A DNA stretch of 64,000 bases from the human T2T-CHM13v2.0 reference genome, Homo sapiens. Under the pieces are notes generated by a model. That model saw only the letters and a program-made list of their open reading frames with translations, was not told the DNA's origin and did not search any database. The stretch is from assembly GCF_009914755.1 (NCBI RefSeq), contig NC_060928.1, one strand, 5' to 3'. The position numbers and the translations under genes are program-made. Every line of letters starts with the position of its first letter. Position 1 is the stretch's first letter. Below, piece by piece: positions 53,642-64,000 of this stretch.

Positions 53642-55329
53642 CCTTAAAATTCTGTTCCCCTAGAGCCAATCCTGGCACCAAAATTTATATTAATCAGGGT
53701 TCTCTAGAGGGACAGGACTAATAGGATAAATGTATATATGAAAGGAAGTTTATTAAGGAGTATTGATTCACAGGATCACAAGGTGAAGTCCCACAATAGG
53801 CTGTCTACAAGCTGAGGAGCAAGGAAGCCAGTCTGAGACCCAAAACCAGAAAAGAAGGGAAGCCGACAGTGCAGCCTTCAGTCTGTGGCCAAAGGCCCAA
53901 GAGCCCCTGGCAAACCACTAGTGTAGGTCCAAGAGTCCAAAAGCTGAAGAACTTGGAGTCCGATGTTCAAGTGCAGGAAGCATCCAGCATGGGGGAAAGA
54001 TGGAGGCCAGAAGACTTAGTCAGTCTAATCTTTCCACGGCCTGCTTTTATTCTGGCCATGCTGACAGCTGATTTATTAGTTGGTACCCACCCAGATTGGG
54101 AGTGGGTCTGCCTTTCTCACTCCACTGACTCAAACGTTAACCTCTTTTGGCAACACCCTCACACACACACCCAGGATCAACACTTTGCATTCTTCAATCC
54201 AGTCAGTTGACACTCAATATTAAACATCACAACTAAGAAATAAAATAGATGTACCTCACTGGTCCAAAGTTAACACAAGAAAGATGATGACACAGAAAAG
54301 CATTAGGTCTATACTCAAGGCTCAGCTGTATTATTTAGGAAACAAACCTGGGATTTCCTTTTATACTCTTTGCTTATCCTCTTTCTCCTTAAATGTCTTT
54401 CATTTCACAGCATTTTTCTTTTTTAAGTTTAGTTCATTAAGTAAAATTAAATTAGAGAATAGCTCAGCCACAAAGGCTTTGCACTTTGTTAGCTGATGCT
54501 GAAATTGATGAGAACTACATATGAATATAACCATGTTTAGATTCACAGCCTGACCAATGTCAGTGAATCACTCTGTCTCCAGAAGTTGTCCACAGTTCAC
54601 CCACAACAATAGACCAGTCAACCACTTGGCAATAAATTATATTCAATTCAATAAATGTTTATTCAGATTACTAGGTGGGACTCATGGCATAAACTTCTCA
54701 TTATAGGTGATTTCTCCAAAACATATTCTATCTACAGAAATTTTATAACTGTTCTTGAGAGGAGAGCTAGCCAGCAGACAATATTCACTTGGACTCTATT
54801 CAATGGCTGAGTGTATTAATAGTATTAACAAAATAAAGACAGATGTTATTTTTGCCCTTCTTTAATACAAGCCACCTTTATTAATGCAATGATTTTATTA
54901 ATTGAAGTACAGCTTTAATTTTAATTAAACTTTTCCTCATGCTTGTACAGAGAGAGTTGAAATGACTCCATACGATGACGTTATACACGTAGTATAATAT
55001 GGGCACTAACTGGGTTGAAAACAACAGAAAAATTAGAGAGATATATTGAATATTAATGAGCTATGTCTAGATTTTCATTTTACTGCTTTTTCTGTTATTT
55101 CCAATGTGGTAAAATATTCCATCTCTTCCTTCTATGTTATACAAAATATTGCCTTAGAACTGGTCTTCTGATTCAATGTCTAAAATCATGAAAGAAAAAA
55201 AAATACCTTGAACTCTAATGCTGTTTTTTTTTAATGAGAAGTTTATTTTAGTAGAAGTCATCTTTTAAACATCTTCTGAGTTGAAATCATATAATGTTAG
55301 CAGTCCCATATTACCATATAATGTGAATA

Positions 55330-55535
55330 TGTTATATGTGGTAAATATATTTAATCTTTACCACAATGCCATGAGGTTGATAAATCAATACTATTACTTA
55401 CCTATATATGAGGAAATCGAGACACAGAAGGGTTAAATGATTAACTAGAACTCACCTTTTGAGTGAGTGCTGGAGAAGAGATTCAATTCCAGGAAAACTG
55501 AGGCCAAAACTCACATGCTTAACAATACACTATGT
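55330..55535 (-). mobile_element. MIR fragment
   Basis: atttaatctttaccacaat..atgaggaaatcgagacacagaagggttaaatga. Confidence 0.65.
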
Positions 55536-56369
55536 TACTTTGCAAATTATGTAATCAAACAGAAAGACAAATAATAATAGATACAAGGAGAGAATGAATA
55601 GATGATGGATTAATAGATTGATAGAGCTACAAGTATATAAATGTTCATTACTTTGTTGTTTATAGCAATACAAAGTTGGAAAAACATAGTCTCACTATAG
55701 AGAATTAGTTAAAAATAACATCCACATCAAAGGCCTATTATACAATTAGCAAAAATGATGATTCAAAAAGATAGTTTTGTTAACATAGTAACATATCCTT
55801 CATATATTTCTGCAAGAAAAGTCAAATGTTAAAAAGTTTCAATATGATCTTATTTTTGTAAATATACATCCTCTTCCCCACAAAATCCTAAAAGCTGCTA
55901 TTCAAACAACTAGCCAAACTGTTTTAAGATCTCTAGATATCCAGATATAAGATTGTTTATTTTATTTTTGCTTTCTTGATTTTTATTTTCATGTAGTAAT
56001 CATGAATAATCATGAGGGAAAACTTCATAAATTCAATTACAAACTATCTTAAAATAATTAAAATATAAACACTGCCTTTGAATATTTGTGAGATTTGGTC
56101 AAATCATAATTAACTCAGAAATTAACTTCATACCTTATAGGTTTTTGAAGAAAATAATGAAGGATCCAAGATCAAATATTAAAAGAAAAATAAATTTTGA
56201 AAAAAAATTAATAAGAATATTATAAACATGAAAGGAGAAATCAGTATATTTGAAAAATAACATATAAAAGTGGCAAAATATAAAGTGTTAAATGCAATAT
56301 ACACCTATTAGAAAAACCTGATTAAAAAATATTAGAAATTTGAAGGAAAATGTAAAATATGAAGTATAG

Positions 56370-56585
56370 ATTATGGTGGTTAAGTTTGTGAGCACAGGTG
56401 TCAATTATGTGAGGTTGAATTCTAATTTCTATATATACAACGTATGTGATTTGAGGCAATTTACTTAACCTAGTTTTTCCTCATCTACATAAACAGGGAT
56501 AACACTAATATGTCTCTAATAGTGTTATTTTGAGGATAAATTGAGATAATATAAATAATATTGTTACTCATGGTAATAGCTTATA
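56370..56585 (+). mobile_element. MIR fragment
   Basis: tgtgatttgaggcaatttacttaacct..tttcctcatctacataaacagggataa. Confidence 0.65.
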
Positions 56586-56783
56586 AAATCTTGAAATAAT
56601 TGATTTTCTAAAAGTAAAATTGATTCAAAAGGAGAAGAAAATATCAAGAAGCAAATAGTTTACTTTTCAAAGATGAACTTATCTTGATAAACCTTTATCC
56701 TAGCATTTTGCTCACAATGATGTCTTTCTCCCTTTCTCTAAATCTTAATTTAAACTTTATTTTTAAGCTATCCTTTCAATATT

Positions 56784-57294
56784 TATGGTAGGCTGAATAA
56801 TGCCCTCCCTACAAAATATCCATGGCCTAATTTCCAGAACTTGTGAATAGACTACCTTACATGTCAAAAGGGACTCTTTAGATATGAGTAAGTTTAAGAA
56901 CACTCAGGTAGAGAGATTATCTTGAAGTATCCAGGTGGACCCAATGTCATCATATGAGCCCTTTAAAGTGGATAACCATTTCCTTTTGGCTTCAGATGGA
57001 GATAAGATGATAAAAGACAGGTCAGATAGAAATTTGATACTGCTGTCTTTGAAGTTAGAAGAAGGAAACTCTAGGAAAATAATGTGGACAGCTTGTGGAA
57101 ACTGGGAAAGGCAAGGGAATAAGTTCTCCCCTAGAGCTTCCAAAAAGACATGCAGCCTTACAGACATCTTGATTTTAGCCTGGTGAGAACTGTGTGAGGC
57201 TTCAAAGCTATGTAACTATAAGATCATCATTTGAGTTGTTGTAAGCCAATGTGTTGTTGGTAACTTGTTACAGCAGCAATAGAAAATTAATACA
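56784..57294 (+). mobile_element. MLT1D-like MaLR solo LTR
   Basis: TATGGTAGGCTGAATAATG start; TACAGCAGCAATAGAAAATTAATACA end; flanks ATATT/GTATT. Confidence 0.85.
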
Positions 57295-59217
57295 GTATTA
57301 TATTGTGATATTCAATTACAACCATGTACATGGTCTTGTTCCCCAGCTAATACAGGCTCTCTGAGGTCAGGCAGAGAATTCTACATCTACAATCCATAGC
57401 AACTAGCATGTTGCTTTACATATAGATGGAAGTGCTCAATATTTATTGATTTCACTGTCCTCTTCCAGTATTATACTCTACAATTTACTTCTCTGTACAT
57501 CCAGTGAATCTCAAGTAGTCAGGCCCATTTGGATTAATGTAGTTAGGTTTTTAGTTATGGGGTTTGGAATTAGCACATGCACCCAAAGGGCAGAATCCCC
57601 AAGTCCTTTCAGAAACAGCTTCCTTTCGTACAGACTCTGCCATCTGAAATATTAATGCAACAATCATCTTTTATTCTAATCACAAGCATTTCCTCCTAAT
57701 AACCCATGATTTCACTAGCTGCTTGCTTTAATTACTGTATAGGCACTCATGCACCACAAAGGAAATATGAATTACACATAGACTACACCACTTCCTTCAG
57801 AGAAGTGCACTGATGATTGATGTCAGAGCCATAATCAGTTACCATATTGGCTGGGCTCAAAAGATAGACCATTTATAGCAAAACAAATTATACGTATTTA
57901 ACAAAAGAAAAGTAAGTGGCAACTAGAAAGAAAAGACAGTCATAAAGCTTTATGGTGTGCTTACACAAATTTAAAAAAAGGTATAAATGTACTTTGCACA
58001 TTAATACTACATATTTTTGAATAAAAATCACATAGAATAGTTTTAAATTATTTTTAAATTGTTTTTAAATTGAACAATTTGAAGAGAGTTATTACACAGT
58101 ATTGAACTTGGAATGTAATTCTGAAATAATTTGTTCAGCATTTCAGCCAAAGCAAGAGTCCATTCTCTAATTTTAATATATTGACTTATTGATTTAAGCT
58201 ATTTGTTATTTGTTTGTCTGTTTGATTTTGACAAAATTCCAAAAACCTGAAATACGAATGATGCTTACCAGATCAGACTGTGAAGTCAGGCGGTGAAGAA
58301 GTGAAGAAAATAAGCATTGCTTTCCTTTTCAACAAATGTCATTATCAACTACAAGGATGGGAAAGCATAGTGACTAGCCAGGAACATAGCATTAAAGGTG
58401 TGGGGAAGGTAATGAGACAGTTGAGAATGTTTGAAGAAGTCAAGAGAGGCATATTTCACCTCTGTTATTTATTTGCCGTGTGAAATATGGAAATCACTTA
58501 TTCTCTCTTAATCTCAGTTTTGAAGTTAGAAAAAAATGATAATAAAAGTGAAATAGTCTTAAAAATTAATTTCATCTCTGTATAAGTGATCTCTCTAAAA
58601 TATTTTCTCAGGTAAATTGGTATAGAAGAATTTAGTCTTCATCAAGTTATATTTATTTATAGTACATATTTCTTTCTTTTTAAAAATACTTTTAAATTCT
58701 ATTTTAGATTCAGAGGGTACACATGCAGGTTTTTTACATGGGCATATTGCATGATGCTGAGGTTGAGGGTATGATGCATCCCATCACCCAGATAGTGAGC
58801 ATAGTGCTCAATAGGTAATTTTTCAGTGATTACCACTCACACTTCCCTGTTCCATCTAGTAGTCTTCAGCATCTGTTGGTGCCATCTTATATCCATGAGT
58901 ACTCAATGTTTGGCTTCCATTTATAAGTGAGAATGTGTGGTATTTAGTTTTTTGTTTCTGTGCTAATTTACTTAGGAAAATGGCCTCTAGCTTCATTCAT
59001 TTTGCTTGCAAATAACAGGATTGCATTCTTTTTTATGGCTGTGTAGTATTTCCTGGTATATATGTACCACATTTCCTTTATCCAATCCACCATGACTCCT
59101 TGTCTTTGTTATTGTGACTAGTGCTGCAATGAACATACGTGCATGTCTTTATGGTAGAATAATTTATATTCCTTTGGGTATATACCCAGTAATGAGATTG
59201 CTGGTTCAAATGGTAGT

Positions 59218-59900
<683 letters not shown>

Positions 59901-60390
59901 GTAGTTCTGCTTGAAATTCTTTGAGAAATTTCCAAACTGCTTTCCAGGGTAGCTGAAATAATTTACATTCCTACCAACAGTATATAAGCATTCCCTTTTC
60001 TTAGCAACCTCACCAGCAACTGTTGTTTCTTGGCTTTTTAGTAATAACCCTTTTGACTGGTGTGAGATGGTGTCTCATTTTGGTTTTGATTTGCATTTTT
60101 CTGATGGTTAGTGAAGTTTAGCATTTTTTCATATGTTTGTTGTGGGTCTGTCCATGTTTTTTGCCTATTTTTAATGAGGTTATTTGTTTTTTGTTTGTTA
60201 ATTTGTTTAAGTTTCTTATAGATTCTGGCTATTAGATCGTTGTTGAATACATAGTTTTTAAAATATTTTCTCCCATCTGTAAGTTGTCTGTTTACTCTGT
60301 TGATAATTTCTTTTGCTGTGCAGAAGTTAAGTTTAATTAGGTCTCACTTGTCTCACTTTTTGTTTTCGCTGCCATTGCTTTGAGGACTTA

Positions 60391-60496
60391 AAAAACATGA
60401 AATGCCTCATGAATTTGCTTGTCATCCTTGGAGAGGGGCCATGCTAATCTTCCCTGTATTATCCAATTATAGTATATGTGTTGCCAAAGTGAGCAT
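60391..60496 (-). pseudogene. Full-length U6 snRNA retropseudogene
   Basis: Reverse strand ATGCTCACTTTGGCAACACATATACTATAATTGGATAATACAGGGAAGATTAGCATGGCCCCTCTCCAAGGATGACAAGCAAATTCATGAGGCATTTCATGTTTTT aligns end to end with U6; ACAGAGA box mutated to ACAGGGA. Confidence 0.95.
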
Positions 60497-60859
60497 TTAT
60501 TTCTGAATTATTAAAATATTTTTGCAGAAATTATGGTAAGAGTCTAAGTTTCTTTTCAAAGAAACAATTTTAAAATCAGCATTTAGAAATCCTAAATGTA
60601 ATATTTTGAAAGTTTTTCAGAATTATATTAGTGAAAATAAGTCTTTGCAATTAATTATCAAGTTTTTAAGTATTATGAAAAGCTAAGTTATTGTGAGTAA
60701 AGGAGGTTCCACTTGAAAATAATCCATAAAATTTTAATTGGTAATAACAGTTACAGTATATTCAAGACATTTAGAATATTAGCTTTCTTAAAAACTGGTC
60801 AAAACTTTATCAAAATTTTTTTCATAACAGTACATCCATTTGTTTATTTCCATATTCTT

Positions 60860-63800
60860 GCTGAGAAAAACTAGAAAAATCTGGAACAAAAAACAAATCT
60901 GTTTTGTGATACCAAAGAACTCTCAAGGCAGAGAGGAATTACAAGGTCAAGGTCTGGGAGAGAAGGGAAGACTATGGAAGGAAATTGTGAAGTTGAGGCC
61001 ATATTATTCCTAAAGGCAAATGCCAATTACACAGATTACTGAGAAGCTGAGAAGCCAAACAAAGCATTTGACAGATTCATGTACAGCAAAGTCAAAAACT
61101 GTAGTCCAGCACCCACTAAGAATCAGAGGCTGTGGTAAACATCTTAAGTTCGGATTCAGGACCAAAAAGTACTTTATCTCTAGAATAAGAGGGAAAAGAA
61201 AATACAGCATTGGACATTAAAACTTAAAAGAATGGGCCGGGTGCGGTGGCTCACGCCTGTAATCCCAGCACTTTAGGAGGCCAAGGCGGGTGGATCACGA
61301 GGTCAGGAGATCGAGACCATCCTGGCTAACACGGTGAAACCCTGTCTCTACTAAAAATACAAAAAATTAGCCGGGTGCCTGTAGTCCCAGCTACTTGGGA
61401 GGCTGAGGCAGGAGAATGGCGTCAACCCCGGGGGCGGAGCTTGCAGTGAGCCGAGATCGCGCCACTGCACTCTAGCGTGGGCGACAGAGTGAAACTCTGT
61501 CTCAAAAACAAACAAACAGACAAACAAACAAACTGAAAAGAATGTAGAAAAAAGATAGTAATAACGATAGGAAGATAAATTAATAAAATGGAAAATAAAA
61601 ATACAATGGAGATGTGTCTACAATGCCAAAACTGAGGTTCTTTGAAAAGATAAATATGCTGCTAAATATCTAGTGAGATTTATCAAGACAAATAGAGACT
61701 TAACACAAATAATATTAAGAATAAAAATGATGCAACACTATAGATTCTGTAGACACTTAAAAGGTCAAAAGATGATATTAAGAAAAATGAATTGGAAAAT
61801 GTAGGTGAAATTAACATATTCGTGTATAAAATTACCATAATATGCAAAAAAAGAAAAATCTGAATAGTCCCCTAAGTACTACAAAATAAAAGTCAAATAT
61901 ATAATTTAAAACTCTTCTGCAAAGAAAACTTCAGGCCCAGATAGTTTTACCAGAAAATTCTATCAAATGTTTTAGAAGTAATAAACATTGATTTATATAC
62001 ATAAATTCTCCCAGAGAATAGAAGAAAAGAAAATAACTATCAACTTATTTAATGAATCCATCATAATGTTAATCTAAAACAAGACAAGAACCTGAAAAGT
62101 AAGAAAGAGAATAGATGTCATGAATTCTAAGTAAGAAGTTAGCAACAAAAAATGAGAGAATGGAAAGAATGAAAGGGCTGCTATATTGTTGGAGAAAATA
62201 TTTGCCACAGAATAAATGATAGAGAACTTCCATAAATCAAGAAGAAAATTTCAGACACCTCAATAAAAATAATAAAGAGTGACTTGATTATCAAAATGGG
62301 AAATAAGCATTATAACATCAATAAGAGAAACACTACTGAAACAATAATGGAAACCACTACACATAAACCAGAATTGCCAAAATTAACAGTCTGACAATAT
62401 CAACTTATGCTTTGGGAAAGAACACATTAGCTGGTATTGGACTTAGTCTGTTGATGTAAATAGCTATACAACTGCACATAATGTATAAGGCTTGTGTTTT
62501 CAGACACTGGGTAACAGGCAACAGCAGAATCAGACCCTTGAGGGAAGGAAAACACATGGTGTGAGTTCCATGTTATCCTTGGTTTTGTCCTGGGACACTT
62601 TCCAGAACCTGGCACAGGGAAAAGAAGCACCATGAAGACTGGCAGTTTTTCTGGGCAGTAGAGGTAGGGCTTCCAGTTTGGAGATGTTAAAGCAACTGGA
62701 ATTTGCAGGGCAGAGTGCAGAATAGGAAGCAGCCCCAGAAAGGCATAAGCAGAAATCCACAAAGAGTAAGTTATCCTTGGGTTCTAGCTGAGGTGTGGGT
62801 TGTGTATACGCAAAGGGTAGAAACCATGAGGTATAGCAGAAAGCAACTGTTAGAGCATCTGAAAGCCAAACAGAGGTTTACAAAGGTCATATAGTGTCTG
62901 AAAACATCGGAGTTCACAATGCCTGGAAACACTGGAGTTCTATTCAACCCAGAGTGAAAGTCTGCACTGACCACCTTGCACATGCAGTTGAACCTCAAAA
63001 ACGTCATGATTTAGGTGAAAGAGCCATATCCTAGAATTAAAGCTACAATTTAGAATTATGTTTACCCTAATAAAACCTAAAATCAAGCCAAACAGGATCA
63101 AAAGAATTTAATTGATTGTCATACAAAACTCAAAAATCTTTAAAATAACACAATATAACATAGACTCCTTAAAATGTATCATTAACAATGTCCAGCATAC
63201 AATCAAAAGTTATTGAACTTGTAAAAAAATCAGATGTTAAACTGCTTGATACTGCTTATAGCTCGCTGAGACTGTTCATTTTTTGAAATCAGTTTTCTCC
63301 TTATGCTTCAGTGTGAATTATTTATTTTCAAATTGACTTAATTTCACTGATATTTTCCTCTCTTATTAATAATGTACTGTCAAAGTTAATATGAAATAAC
63401 TTTTTATTTATATTTTCACATTTTTATTTATTCATATTTTTTATTTCCATGTCTTACATTTGGTTCTGTTTTAGTTTCCTTATTGCTTCTGAAATTCCCC
63501 AGAAAGAAAGGGACCCACATCTGGTGAGGGTCTTTGTGCTGACAAATCCTATGGCAGAAAGTCAAAAGTGCAAAGAGAGAAAAGCATATGCATGTGGTGA
63601 AAAACATCAATGCACAAATCCAAGTAGTACAACAAATGCTAAAATGAATGCATATAAGGGGAACAACACCTGGGAACATTGTGGCTATTCTACTGGAAAG
63701 CAATAACAAATCAAAAATCTAAAAAGTATCCAGAAGAAAAAAATAAAGGCATGTTATATTCAGGAAAACCATGACTAGAAAAAAAGGCTGATTTCTCATC

Positions 63801-64000
63801 ATAACGATGAAGACCAAAACATAATGGAAGGTCATTTTTAAATTGCTGAACCACAAAAGAAGGAAGGCATCAAGAAAGATTCTACATACTTCAACAATGA
63901 GAGTGAAACAAAGGTATTTTTGGATTCATTATAGGTGAGATATTTCATCACCAGTAGGTTGTATATGTAATAAATGCTAACGGAAGTGCTTCAGAAAAGT
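60860..64000 (+). mobile_element. Mosaic of old L1M fragments (ORF2, 5' region, ORF1; a probable antisense piece ~63240-63490)
   Basis: ggttctttgaaaagataaa, aaagaaaacttcaggcccagatagttttacc (ORF2); gctgatttctcatca..gatgaagacca (ORF1). Boundaries approximate. Confidence 0.65.
61235..61529 (+). mobile_element. AluY (Ye-like variant) with a ~12-bp deletion
   Basis: AluY diagnostics, many CpGs retained, AACCCCGGGGGCGGAGC variant; TSD AAACT(T/G)AAAAGAATG. Confidence 0.92.

Larger units (their letters stand above)
47170..54231 (-). mobile_element. HERV-L provirus 2, near full length, two MLT2A2-like LTRs (3' LTR 47170-47739; 5' LTR 53686-54231)
   Basis: Paired ~550-570-bp LTRs starting TGTGATG(G/T)TTAATATTGAGTGTCAAC; order gag-pro-RT-RNaseH-IN-dUTPase, no env; flanks ACTTC/ACTAA (3/5). 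Confidence 0.95.

Noticed and set aside
60391-60496. Functional U6 snRNA gene
   Set aside because: Many substitutions including the ACAGAGA box, direct fusion to L1, and no recognisable upstream PSE/TATA arrangement.

Overview
AT-rich, gene-poor primate (hominoid-like) genomic DNA made up mostly of transposable elements. I see no credible cellular exon, CpG island, tRNA/rRNA gene or CRISPR array. The long ORFs in the track are retroviral remnants, L1/Alu read-throughs or microsatellites. Main content: (1) two decayed HERV-L proviruses facing each other (14673-19858 +, MLT2A1-like LTR; 47170-54231 -, MLT2A2-like LTRs); (2) a full-length U6 snRNA copy fused to a 5'-truncated old L1PA element (U6/L1 chimera), later invaded by a THE1 LTR and an Alu; (3) a three-layer nest of a young L1 in an L1PA7-like element in a MER1B; (4) solo LTRs (MER31/MER67-, MER61-, MER4D-, MER50-, LTR40-like, MLT1), Alus, MIR/L2 and old L1M fragments. 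I found no new biological system. The best leads are a MLT2A1 LTR with a perfect DUX4-type motif and a perfect splice donor, the U6/L1 chimera, a copy-specific 30-bp palindrome in an LTR, and several short dispersed duplications and templated-insertion scars. Subfamily names come from recalled consensus sequences and need RepeatMasker/Dfam confirmation.
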